Part shown: piece by piece, positions 1 through 12,496 of the stretch
Layout: each line of letters starts with the position of its first letter
How positions within the stretch are numbered: the first letter of the stretch is position 1
NCBI GenBank assembly: GCA_026025075.1
Contig: JAPEUI010000110.1
Span: 1 to 52,428, forward strand
Length of the DNA: 52,428 nt
Reading direction: 5' to 3'
Source of the DNA: Vezdaea acicularis
Lineage: Eukaryota
Notes under the pieces: model-generated
What the model saw: only the letters and a program-made list of their open reading frames with translations
Told to the model about the DNA's origin: nothing
The model's database searches: none
Program-made: the position numbers and the translations under genes

Positions 1-126
1 TAACCCTAACCCTAACCCTAACCCTAACCCTAACCCTAACCCTAACCCTAACCCTAACCCTAACCCTAACCCTAACCCTAACCCTAACCCTAACCCTAAC
101 CCTAACCCTAACCCTAACCCTAACCC
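1..126 (+). repeat. Telomeric repeat array (TAACCC)21, the C-strand of a TTAGGG telomere
   Basis: 21 perfect TAACCC units from base 1, in the orientation expected at a left chromosome end, with an abrupt junction at 127. Confidence 0.97.
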
Positions 127-1065
127 CGCTTAGACCGGCCAACCATGACACTGGCTCTGAATGTCGACACAGGATAAGTCTTCTACGCTAAGTCTGTTGC
201 CAAATCATACAAAGAAGCTCATGAGCGGCACGGAGATTTGCGCGCGGCGTGCCGAATCTGGCGAGACTAAGCGATATTAGTGTATCAATAGGGGTTGCGC
301 CGGATTTGCTCTCGCAAGACGGCTCATCAAAGATCTTTCCATTTCAGAGAAACCTATCTCATAATAACCTTCAATGTATGACTACGACAGTTACAGTCAA
401 ATGCTATGCTTCCAGACCTTATACAAAATTCTTATAACGTTCGATAGTGGTGTACAGCAAATCCCTTTCGGACACAACAATACTATTAGAGGCTTCGAAG
501 ACTTGCCCAGTTTCTCACATTCTCTTTCAGCCACTTCCGAAAGGCAGCGGTAAAACTTTATTCAGGATGAGAACGACCGGTCCCAGCGGGGAAAGACGAG
601 TGGCACGTAGCGCAAGCTCTAGGTGCTCTCAGTAGTTACTCCATTCGAAACAACTCTCGCTCAAGATCAATCCTCGTACATGCTGTGCACACCTACTGAA
701 ACGCCTCACAGGAAAATCGAAAAAATTCCAGCTCCCTTCCAAAAGTAGCATCTACATTCATATGATCTGCGCAAGGTAGTATGTGGTTCGCCAACCTATA
801 ACAGCTATATGGTTAATGATAAGCAGAACGACACTTAGTCATGGGTTGGCGGTGAGCACATCACGCAAGCCACTTCTTCTGGACTCCATTTCTCAATTCA
901 TATGCCAGTTTTAGGGAGTTGAGATGTATTTATATTCTTTATGCTAGGCCTCTACCACCAGGTATACGCAGACCAGGATGCAGGGGCAAGCAGGTGAAGA
1001 ACCTTTCCAAGCCACTCCTTCATAATGCAAAAGGAGATCTAATAGAAGTACAGGGCGAACAGGAA

Positions 1066-1871
1066 TTACGCCGTAGCATTGCGAAGATGACTATGACTCG
1101 TTAGCGGGATCTCTCTTCACTTTAGAGATTACTTGGGAGGTTTTTCGGCGTGCGTTTGCTTTGCACCCATATTGCTACCCAATAGCGTATTATAGCAGGT
1201 GCTGATAACTCCAAGATGTAAGAATAATACTTACGTGATGAGGTCATTCCGATCTTTCTCCTTCTTTAAACCACCAAACGCCATCTTTGTGCCAGGAATG
1301 TACTTCTTCGGATTCTCGAGGTATTCGAACTGCCAGAGTAAGTACGAGCCTAGGCTTCGGATTCGACGGTTTATACATACAAGGGTGTCCTCTTTCCATA
1401 CGATGCCCTTTGCCTTATTTGCATCGGTATAGGAGAAGCCTTCGACTTGGCCGGTCTTCCGGCCAAACAGACCATGAAGATTGGGACCAATCTTATTACC
1501 GCCATCTTTCTCTAGGACGTGGCATTGCGCACACCTCGTCTTAATTGAATGAGTACCTATTCTGTATCTATCCTTTATATATGGGACCATACCTTGAAGA
1601 GGTTGGCACCTTTCTTATCATCACCTGCAGCAAGTCAGCTTAGCCAAACTACAGAGCATCCCTTGTATCGCGCAATTAGGGGCTATCATGACGTTGGAAA
1701 GGAAAAAGATCCCAGCTATTACTTCTAGTTTCACTCCTGGGAAAGCGCATAGTCCCTCAATTAAAGAACATGGAGGGCAGCCATGCGAAGTAGAGACGAT
1801 TGCAAGAACCAGACACTGTGGCGAAGCGATGCAACTCCAGGATAAGGACACGTACCGTCTTTGAAAGGCAT
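1066..1871 (-). CDS. CYC1: Cytochrome c, 5 exons
   Basis: Exons 1871-1856, 1624-1593, 1539-1381, 1329-1235 and 1090-1066, all with GT-AG introns. They give [23 protein letters not shown]...[30 protein letters not shown], with the CxxCH heme motif and the axial Met in GTKM. Confidence 0.97.
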
Positions 1872-2339
1872 TATCGATATCGAGCTCTTCTGGAGATTTT
1901 GAGAGTGTGGAAATGACTGTGGTGATAGCTTAAGAAAAAAGTGGTCAAACCGTGCCAACAATTGGAAGGAAGTCTTCAAGAAGTCGATGATAGCCGGGTA
2001 AGAAAAAGATGGGAGATATTGTGTAGTGGTGACGGAGTCTCGGGTGCATAAAAACTTGCTAGGGGCTACCCGAGATTGGCCTAGTGGTGGCCTTGAACGA
2101 ATCACCACTCTCAGAATAGTCAGAGCTCAACCAGGAAGCTTGTGCCGAACAACTGTACGCAGCGTAGAGGCTCACTGGCAAACACCAAAACTCCATCGGG
2201 GCGTGGACCGGTCCAGTTCATCAACTCCGTGGACCAATATTGAGGATACTACATATCTCCCAGCCGTGTCATTGCTGGGGCTCTGGCTATTCTCAATATT
2301 CTCCGTTCCTCTTGGACCGTAAGCTAAAGGCCTGCCGTC

Positions 2340-3143
2340 ATGTCGACACGCATTATACCTCAGTTCTTACTTCCCATGCAAAGGCGCATGGGTAGTTTTC
2401 CTGGGCGTTATCCAATATTGCGAAGGGGAAACGAAATCTCCGACTTTGTCCGCACATATGCATCTCATCCGGAGAAGCCGCGGGTCTTGGAAAAGCCAGC
2501 AAAATTCAATCCTCCATCACATTCGTCTAGGCGGAGCAAACCGCGGGCGTACCCTGGACCTCCACTTTCACAAGAGGCTAGGGAACGTCAGAAGACGAAG
2601 CAATACCCACATACTATGCCGCCAGAGGGGACTTTCTTGCATTGGTTTTTGACTAATAGATCCATCCATATGTGGATCACTATTGTAAGCTTCTTCTCGA
2701 ATATCGAGTGGATTGCAAGCTAATAGGTATAGGGGACCCTCGTTTCTCTCGCAGGTTTTACCCTCATAACCAATTTCCAGCGGACATCTCCATTTGCGCA
2801 TATGCTCCCCCCTATGCGGGAATTCTTCTCTCATCCACTATCGTTCATCTCCACCTATGCTGAAGTTTTTAAGCTTCATACTGCCCACAAATCCGCAGAG
2901 ACGGCGGAGCGGAGGAAACGGAAAGTCGACGACGTGCAGAAAAGAAGTCGGTATCGGAAGGCGCATGGATTGGATCAAGAAGAAGGATTTGGTGGATGGT
3001 CCGCAAAGGATAGCCAGAGTCCTGTAGTTGCAGAAACTGCTGGGGAGCCAATATTAGATGTCGAGAGCGGGACAGGCAGTGCAACATATTCAGATTGGGA
3101 GGGAAAGAAGAGGCCCATCAAGAAATGGCTAGGTATATGGTAA
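2340..3143 (+). CDS. Conserved fungal hypothetical protein, probably mitochondrial with one TM segment, 2 exons
   Basis: ORFs 2340-2723 and 2802-3143 join through a GTAAGC...GCTAAT...TAG intron near 2685-2732. The N-terminus is Arg-rich like a presequence and there is a hydrophobic stretch (IHMWITIGTLVSLAGFTLI). Divergent from cytochrome c. Confidence 0.75.
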
Positions 3144-3500
3144 CTTTATTAGAGTACAATTACAGGTGAGCTGTCTTAGATCCAGGACTGGGACCTGGCC
3201 CTCTATCTTGTGGTGACTACCTCTGGCTCTCGTACAGGGCGTGCGACTATTTGATCACCATTACGGTAATATTTTCTTAGAAGATGAATCAACCGGAGCA
3301 CACGGAAATGACTTGTGCTGGTCTCTAAACCACGCCGGATTCGTCATCACGGGTGGAAAGAAGGCCAGCGTCGAGCTTCCACGGTGTGACACTCAGCCGG
3401 ATATCGCGCTTCCGTGCTTTGTGGTTGACTCTTGCGAATGTCTCGACCTGCCATCATTGAATTGGGTGTCAATCTACATGGCCGCAGGTGAACTAAAGTA

Positions 3501-4609
3501 TCAAGCTCCTTCGGAGTTCATTGCTTTCAGGCCATCCAGTACCTCATCTGCAATCCCACCCTTCCCGACCGTGAGAGCAATTACCCTTTTGATCAAACCT
3601 CGCTTCACCCCCCCTCTTGGCGGTGACCAGACACCTTCTTTTTCTAGGGACTCCCGGGCAGTCCAAGCTTGCTGAGAAGATGTGGAGGCCACGGCGCCCG
3701 TTGCAGTATTCAACGCATCGGGAACTCCCGGTGGGGTTAGTCTAGAGGGTGGATCAATGGTCCGTACCGCGAGTAATCGGATTGTCCTTCCAGTAGAATC
3801 CAGACTCGCTGCGAACGAAACAGCTAATACCACGTCGGCCACCGCTAGCTCTTCTCTCGTTGGGTCAAAGATGATATTGTCACCTACGGCCATGACCAGG
3901 AGCGTTACTGATGGGCTAGAGTCAAATTGTTTGTCACGAGCATACAGATAGCTGGAGGCTTCCCAATCGTCATCAAAGCTGGGGTCTTCATCGTTCTCAG
4001 ACACAAGCTTAGGAAGCCGCGTTGATAGAAGAGCAAGATGCACAGTAAGAGAAAGGAGAGGCAATGGATAGGAAAGGGGAGGTGAAAGGTGCAGAATCTA
4101 TCTTATATTAGTCTCTTTCCAAGTTTTTTTGAGGGAAAAGCGCGTACGTCAATATATAATTTCCAGTGAAAACGCCGATTGATCCAGAGCTTGTCCGCCA
4201 ACTCCTCGGAGGCCATGAGACCTTCATGAAGTAAGGCCGCTAAGAAGACGGGTAATGGGTCGTCATCCCGGATGCCCGGAATGTCAATGGTCATTTCGAC
4301 CCAGGAGTCTTGCCCCACCAACTGCGCGGGCCTCTCGCTCGTGTCGACGTCGCCGACGTCATCGGTCCTGCCAGTGCCGGATCGCTCGACCTCAGCTTTG
4401 ATGCCTACGATGGCTTCGGTGCCGTCGGCAAAGCAGATACGGGCACTGCCGTTGGTCTTGGGCAGGATGTCGCTTTCTGCGATTAACGGCCGGAACTGGG
4501 CTGGCTCTCTCAGGTCTGGCCGAATGGGAGGATCGAGAGCTAATGAGCTGTGGAGGTACGAGAGCTCAGCGGGAGAGAGCAAAGTATACGCAGATGCTGA
4601 AGGGGCCAT
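3501..4609 (-). CDS. RRP42: Exosome complex component Rrp42 (RNase PH-like), 2 exons
   Basis: LSPAELSYLHSSL...PIRPDLR...FRPL...NGSARICFADGTEAIVGIKAEV...WKLYID, one intron near 4098-4149, then LSYPLPLLSLTVHLALLSTRLP...DPTREE. Confidence 0.9.
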
Positions 4610-6099
4610 ATGCGCGGAGGCTGCAATTGACGCTACTGTAGTCCGAATCGAAGAATTTGTTGGGCAATTGCAGACGCACGTAAGCTTTGCCGCTCTCTCC
4701 GTTCGAGAAAGCCGTTCTTCCTGGCGCGTCTTGGCGCGATACAGAGGGTTTCGCAGCTTCACATGGCGTGATGAATAGAATATGTAGCTCGTGGGGTGAC
4801 CGGAGAAACTGTGGCCCCGGGACCAGGATCCAATTTGGAAGGTTGCGTGAGCGAGCGAGAACGGCGATCCGCGTCTCGGAAAAACAATGCCGTCTCCATT
4901 TTCAAATGTCAGGCCAATCCCGTCACAAAGTTCTGATCTGAATTAAGTGACTAGCTTGACTAAATTAGCGCAATTTTTGGATAACAATTTCGTGAAAGCA
5001 TTCGTTCATCATAGTTCCAAGCCAATGACCTGGTCTCTCGCGACAAACCTCGGTAGATGAGAAGTTGGAATAGGGTCCCCACTTCTCGCAATTCTCGCTC
5101 CAGATAGTTCTGAACACCAGTCTCCAAGGCCCTGCCCATTCAGTCACATGCTCGCCGCGAGACTGCATTTTTGCCAGCATCCGTGTACTTCACGAGATAA
5201 GAATATTGGGGTTCGACTGCAGCGATTACGTCGGCGAGCGGCCTTGTCGTTGGAAGCACGGCGACGGCTCCCCGCATTCGGTTAAGGCGGCCGCTTGTCG
5301 TCTGCACGCATGACCAGTGTCGCCCTTATAGTTGTTAGGGTATCCGCCTCGCGCTTTGATGAATCCCCTCGGGCCAATGAGAGGCGGGGTTAGAGGGCAA
5401 GCTCCCGAGCCGCTGACGAGCCTCGTAGTAACTCGAGCGCCGCGCCCGCTCGTGGTGTGGCCTCTACGTCACTTTGCGTGCCCGTTGTGCCCCAGGTGCA
5501 GCCATCGTGCAAGGCTTATCCATCCTTCTCTTCATCTGCCTCCATTGGCATTCTCACGTTTTAGAAAGACGCCATGCGCCTCTAGCCTGGCCGACGTCTG
5601 GGGAAGGCAGACGGAGGCTTTATGCCTCAGCACGTTCATTCGCCGACCGCCGCCCCTCCTCCTTGTGATGCATGCCCATCCTCGCCATCCACGGCTCCTG
5701 TACAACCCCAAGACCAACGGGGTATCACTAGAATGAGCCCGGACCTTGGGCTTGTTCGGAAACGATCGTCGCGAATCCACATGAACAAGCCATCCTCTCA
5801 CCGCAGGCAGCTCTGCCTCTCCTTGTCCCCATAACCGCGTCCGAGGCCCGCCCCACTTCGATCGCCCCGACCGAACTCGTATTTAAAGAAATCGCAACCC
5901 GTCCCCGCACTTGGGCCATCTTTTTGTGCGTCCATCCCCTCCTCCCTTGTCAGGATTCATCCTCTTATCGGGTTCAATCTCTTGTTAGGATCGAACTCTG
6001 GTCATCATATATTGGACCGCATTCATTCCAGTCACGATACCTCCTCGATCTTCCATGACTATCCCATAGGGTATCAATACGCCATTCCCTTCGATAGGC

Positions 6100-8199
6100 A
6101 TGGCGGACAGGATGTCACGGCAAGCCGATAACTCCTCTGGCGAACATGACCACGATTATGAACCAAAGGACGATATTCAGACCGAGCCTCATAAGCCATC
6201 AATGAGCGGCCGTCGTCGTAGCTCGACCACCGCTGCGGACCGGGTCCGTCAGAATCTCAATGCGAAGTTGTCAAACCCCCTTGCGGGCTACAGTCATGCG
6301 GAACTGCAAGAGATGGGCGAGGCGTACGCCCGTAAGTACCAGGTCGGCGACCAAGAGGATATCGATGCCTTCAGAATCGGCGCCATCTGCGCTCAGGACC
6401 CTGCGCGATTTGATTCAGTCCCCGGCATCTCCGACATGGACCGTGACATTATGAGGAGAGAGTTTACCAACCGCTGGTCTCAACCGAAGTTACTCTATCT
6501 CGTCATTGTTCTTTGCTCAACTTGTGCTGCTGTGCAGGGGATGGGTACGCTAAACCTGAGTCTATATTTGAAGCCATTATTGACGTGCTCTAGATGAATC
6601 TGTTGTCAACGGTGGTCAGATCTTTTACACCCAGCAATTTGGCATCGGCGGCAAGGATCCCCGATCGACTTGGCTTACGGGCCTTGTTAACTCCGCTCCT
6701 TACTTCTGCTGCGCCTTCATTGGCTGCTGGCTCACTGTTCCGCTCAACCACTTCTTTGGCCGACGTGGAACGATCTTCATCACTTGCACTTTCTCCGCGT
6801 TAGCCTGCTTCTGGCAAGCATTCACTGATAGCTGGTGGCACATGTTCATTGCCCGATTTGCTTTGGGCTTTGGCATTGGGCCAAAATCTGCCACGGTTCC
6901 TGTATATGCTGCGGAAACAACCCCTCCTGGCATTCGTGGCGCCCTAGTCATGCAATGGCAGATGTGGACCGCTTTCGGAATAATGTTTGGCTACGCAGCA
7001 GACCTCGCGTTCTATAAAGTTCCAGATAAACCAGGCATCACCGGACTCAATTGGCGTCTGATGATGGCTTCGGCCATGTTACCAGCTCTCATTGTCATAG
7101 CCTTCGTCTTCATGTGTCCAGAGTCGCCGCGTTGGTATATGAGCAAGAATCGTCACGCAAAGGCTTACAGATCGATGGTCAAACTTCGATATTCAAGAGC
7201 TCAAGCTGCTCGAGATGTCTTCTATATGCATACATTACTTGAGGCCGAGACAAGTATCAGCGTTGGTCAAAGTAAGCTGTTAGAGCTTATCAGAGTACCC
7301 CGCAATCGGCGCGCCATGCTTGGCTCGGAAATCGTCATGTTCATGCAACAGGTCAGCCATATCTAAATATTTCACCCTCCCCTGCGCGCCAACTGACTGT
7401 CTTAGTTCTGTGGAGTCAACGTCATCGCCTATTATTCTTCGGCCATCTTCATTGAGGCCAATCTCAGCCAGATCTCAGCTCTGTCTGCTTCTCTTGGATT
7501 TGGAATCATCAATTTCCTGTTTGCGCTCCCTGCCGTATACACTATTGATACTTTTGGCCGGCGAAATCTGCTGTTGACAACATTTCCTCTTATGGGAATA
7601 TTCCTGCTATTCACAGGCTTCAGTTTCTGGATCCCATCAAGCTCGACAGCTCATGTGGCTTGTATTGCTCTCGGTATCTATCTATTTGGAATCGTCTATT
7701 CGCCTGGAGAAGGGCCGGTGCCATTTACCTACTCTGCAGAAGCTTACCCTTTGTACGTTCGTTCGTACGGTATGAGTTTGGGTGAGTAAAACTCTTTTGA
7801 AGGTTCATCACGCTCAAGACCACTAACTCTAATCTAGCAACTGCAACCACATGGTTCTTCAATGGCGTCCTTTCTATCACATGGCCTAGTCTACTTGCAG
7901 CATTCAAGCCGCAAGGAGCATTCGGCTGGTACGCTGCGTGGAACTTTGTTGGGTTCTTCCTTGTGCTTCTCTTCGTACCTGAGACCAAGGGAAAGACGCT
8001 GGAAGAACTGGATCAAGTATTCGGCGTCCCAACACGCGTCCATGCCGCTTACGGGCTGAGCTGCATTCCTATTTTCTTCCAGAAGTACTTGTTCCGCCGT
8101 GATGTGAGCTTCCCACAGCTGTACGAACGGGAGGACGAGGAGTACGACGACAAGGGCTATAATAATCCTTCAGAGGCGGATGCGACAGCGAGAGTTTAG
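6100..8199 (+). CDS. MFS sugar porter family transporter (polyol/inositol-like), 4 exons
   Basis: Sugar porter motifs GRRG, PVYAAE, PESPRW, QQFCGVN, DTFGRR and [13 protein letters not shown]. Introns at ~6545-6593, 7352-7405 and 7782-7837. Confidence 0.92.
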
Positions 8200-8932
8200 A
8201 CTGGTGATACCCAATCTTGTTTGCTCTTGTCTGTCATTTTGTGTATATTCATAGACTTCTTGACGTCGTCTCAATAGCACTGTCCCAAGGTTGGATAGTG
8301 CGTATCACATCCTTTTGGTTGGAGGGAGCCACCTCCCTATTCTTGTCTGACGTTGACCAAATCTTGGCTCCATGAATACTATTGGTCGGCTTGCAACCTT
8401 CTTTCGAAAACGTCAAAGGGACATTTGAATAGCTGTCAGGTTTTGTTAGGGTACGGCTGGGGTGAATCCTGGGTCAGCCTGAGCTGTCCTTGCTTAAACT
8501 ATCACTTTACGTAGGAGACTTGGTGCCTAAAGCAATAACACAAATAAAGTATCTTTAAATGACATGCCACAGTACCTATAAACAAGCTATACACAATAGG
8601 GTCATCAATAAGGTGACTTTCCCGGGCACCCGATGGATATGGCCAAATCGATGAGGCTGTCAGAAATTGCGCAACGACGTAAGTTGCTGATCAATATGCA
8701 GGAGCCTGTTACAGCAATGTTCTGTCATCGTATCGTGTGAGAATTACCAGCAGAACACCCTTTGTCAGATTGTTATAGATCTGCCTCTGCTGATGAAAAT
8801 TTTTATAGCCATTAAGAGCTTCTTGAGCGCAGCCTGTAGTCTATGATACATGCATGTCAACATCATATGCTTTGGTCTTGTCAATGAGTCAGGAAACGTG
8901 AGAAATGTCATTCAGCCCCCAAAAACCAAACT

Positions 8933-10045
8933 CTACAGATTTGTCAGGTAATCTTCTATCTCATGCGGGCTCAGTTTTCGGAAGCGCGGCCCTTGTGCAC
9001 CCTCGACGCCTTCGTAACCAAGCAAATGATTCGCCGGAGGACCAACTATGCCTAAACACCTGTAAGCATGGCAGAAAGTAAAAGTGTCTCGATACATACC
9101 AATCTCCACAGTTTCACCGTTCATCTCTCCTTCTATCGTTTCCTTGAGGGTCAAGAGAGCGATATGGATGGCATCCTCTAGCTCAAGGCCCTCGGTATAT
9201 CGTTTTTCTAGGAAGGTTTTGGCGCTTGTCGCACTTTTACCGATCGCCGTAGCCTTCCACGGGAAATAACTTCCGCTCGGGTCAACCTGATAAAGACTTG
9301 GACCGCCTTTTAGGATACCACCCGTTTTGCCAGAGGGCTTTGGCTTTTCCGGATCAGTCTCCTCACTTCCTTTACCTGCTTCCTCAATCTCTGGCTCTAT
9401 CCCGTCGTCCCAGCCTGCGATCAATAAACTAACACCATACGGCCTGACACCCCCAGACTGTGTAGCTTCTTGCATTACTCTCGCAACATCTTGTACTAGA
9501 ATCCTTGTAGGAGGGTATTCGTTGTATATACGCTTGTAGCCAGTATGTGAAACCTTTCGGGCTTTGTCGACAAGTATGCGATAGTCAGGGCCCATCCCCG
9601 AATATACCATGCCAATGTTAGGTGTAATCAGACTAACTTTGGACAGCGATGGGGGGTCGATGAGATTCGATGAAGACTTCTTTTCCGTTGCTAGCACAAT
9701 TCCATTCGTAGCTGAGCAATCGCTATGTAAGCTCTCGAACATAAAAAGACCCTGATTGCAGGTTCGTGGGTATACCTTTTATTCCTAGGGAGGTCACGCC
9801 TTGGTTGACGGCGTTTAAAGCATATTCTGCGGTCTAGGGTTAGTCCATGTAGCTCAAGACCAATAACATACGATATCGATATCTTGCTTGCATGAGTGAA
9901 ACTGAAGTCATACCTATCTGTACCAGTTTCCCGCTACTCATATTGTTAGCATTTATCATAATTGTAGGACCTAGGTCCCCAATGTGACCTAAGGCGCATA
10001 CCTAGGAGAGAATGTTGTAAGTGAGAAAGAGTAACGATCAGCCAT
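8933..10045 (-). CDS. PRE8: 20S proteasome subunit alpha-2
   Basis: Spliced N-terminus [31 protein letters not shown], then [26 protein letters not shown] and [20 protein letters not shown]. Four introns. Confidence 0.95.
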
Positions 10046-10476
10046 GATTATGGAGTTGACAAAGCTTCACAAGCTTTTACATAAACGTCGAAACAATGTT
10101 CACGCAGAGTGTAGGGAGTTGGACGGCCTAAGTTGTATGGTAATCCAACAGACACGTCTATAGGTCAAGCTCGATGAAGGCTGCAAGCAGTATACGCGGT
10201 GAGCTACGGCGGGTATTGAAACCTTTCGCGAAAGGCGATCGGACTTCGGCTAAACTGGAGCCAATATCTGACCTCGCTTCTGGCACAACTACGTCAATTC
10301 ATGACAAACCCCAAACGGTAACTGTACAGAGTTGGCTGTGAATGTGGCTCTGGCATTCAACTACCTTGAGAATTTGAAAGCTACGTGGCATTTATCATGT
10401 ACGCCTTGGTCAGCTTCTGCGATACTCGCACTTAACTTCGCTCCTACCTCAAACGTCACTCACTCGACTTCTACAA

Positions 10477-11630
10477 ATGGACACATCTGCGTTTGATCAG
10501 TATCAGCCCACTTGGCAATGGCCAGAAGACGTTTCAGAGCCTTCTGAAAGCCATGCGGAGGCATCTGAACAGCCTCCTCCCTTTCGAAGAAGAGCGCCAA
10601 CTGCCTCAGCAAGCTCGCAGAACGCGTCCAAAAAACCAAGGACAAGACATTATGGGCCCCGAACATGTCGGATCTGCTTGGACACTGTTCTTCCTACAAA
10701 CAATTCGCCATCTGTTAACCTACCTAGCGTACTGAGTCCAAGCCCATCGGTTACATATGTATCTCCAGCACCTGACGGTAGACTGATCAGTCCTTGCAAA
10801 TGCAAGGGCTCCTCAAAATATGTTCACGAAGGCTGTCTACAATCTTGGAGGCATGCTGATCCACGTTATGGCCGGCGTAATTACTGGCAGTGCCCCACAT
10901 GCGGCTTTAGATATAGATTGGAAAGGATGCGTTGGAGCAGATGGATCAGCAATTCTTGTAAGTTTCCATGCCATTTACTAGGCCGATTTGCGGAATACGT
11001 CACAACTCGTGCGGATAGTATTGCCTTGCGACATGAATAGAGAACACCTACTAGCCCAGCTTTGAATCCTTGAACTAATCAGTCGCAGTCACTCAGATAG
11101 CCTTGACCGGATTCATCCTGCTCCTTGCAATCTTCCTTTTGGGTTTCATTGCCGATCCAATTATAAGCCTCTACCTCGATCCTTTGAGCACAATCACCTC
11201 TCCTCTGACAAGCGGGAGATTTGATCCAATACCCGATCCAGATCTTGACCTTGATCAGCCAGCTTCATGGACCGAACATTTACTTAAGGGTGTGGCTTCT
11301 TTAGGGCTGCTCAGTTTCGTCAAGGTATTGCTAGCGATGTCGCCTTGGCAATGGTGGAACCTGAGAAGTTCGGGCGTGATGGGCGGCGGTGGTCGACCGG
11401 GAGCAAATGGAAGGGAAAGGCTAGGCCAAATCAGCTGGGTTGTAGTACTTATTGGGCTTTTCACATTCCTATGGGTAAGGTCTTCCCACAATACGCTCCG
11501 AAAATCTTGTGTCTTACAAAATTTCCAGGGTGTTTACAAAGGTGTTAGAGCCTGGAGTCGTCGCACGCTTGAAAAGGCGGGTGAAAGAGTTGTAGATATA
11601 CAAATGGACGGCGAAGAAGAAGATTATTGA
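10477..11630 (+). CDS. RING-CH (MARCH-type) zinc finger membrane protein, putative E3 ligase, 3 exons
   Basis: CRIC...LISPCKCKGSSKYVHEGCLQSW...CPTC (C4HC3 pattern) followed by hydrophobic segments. Introns at ~10958-11088 and 11475-11529. Confidence 0.88.
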
Positions 11631-12496
11631 TATACGAAGCACCGCGAGCGGGCTGTGTCATCCGTCGAGTTCTGGTCTGGCATGGCGTACAAATGGGAAA
11701 GCGAGTTGTATTTGCATCAGCGATAGAGGCGTGACAAGGCGTTTGCTCATTAAGTTGTAAGTGTACAACTTCATAGAAGTAAGATCCCTTCTATGTTGGA
11801 ACCCAGGATATCCTTTTCAGTTCCTGCTTTGGATACATATTTCTCGTCTTTTTATTATCAATTCCAGTTGAACGCACACCTTTGAGTTGACGCGATCGCT
11901 TCTACATGGCGTGTCAATCAGTCTGTGTGCGAAGATTTAACGGCCGTCCATGGTCTAGAAGTCTAAGGCGTCTTGTCATGGCTCTAGGAAACCTGGGATC
12001 TAGCCGCCAATCTAGTTTCATCGCCCACCTTATGTACGCTCTTTGTGTGTACTAGGGTAGTCGTCATTTCCTCCGGTCTTGAACGGGATTCCAGAATAGT
12101 CGGCCAGAAATCATTGGCATATGGAACAATACGTGGAACACGATAATATCACCTCTGCATGAGTCTCCTTTATAATAGATCTGGATTATCATCAAATCTT
12201 CTCTTCTTCTTCTAGGTCTCCATGGTGCCTTCCCAATGGGGTGATTTCGGTAGTCGGACGTGTTGATGAATGATTTAGAAAATGTCGGCCCAGCCCTCTT
12301 ATGTTTTGGATACCAATTCCTGCCCTTTATCCCACGATCTAAGGCGTACTCACATATAAGACGACTTAGCCGCAATAGTTTCCTTCTACACTTTCCAAAT
12401 TTGGTCTGAGTTCAGATTCAGATCTACGGCGCCTTATGGGTTAAAGACATTCTCATACTTAGATCTTCAACTATTGATTGCAGCCATTTCACCTCA

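Noticed and set aside
178..270. Short open frame VFYAKSVAKSYKEAHERHGDLRAACRIWRD* next to the telomere, possibly the last exon of a truncated gene
   Set aside because: Only 30 codons, no convincing branch site and no recognised homology. It is worth a tblastx search but cannot be supported from the sequence.
5330..6099. Several small ORFs upstream of the sugar transporter
   Set aside because: They look like chance ORFs in a GC-rich promoter. Without a TSS they cannot be called uORFs.
9320..9410. Acidic/Gly insertion in PRE8 ([12 protein letters not shown]...KTGGILKGG)
   Set aside because: I recall a similar insertion being usual in Pezizomycotina alpha-2 subunits, so it is not special here.
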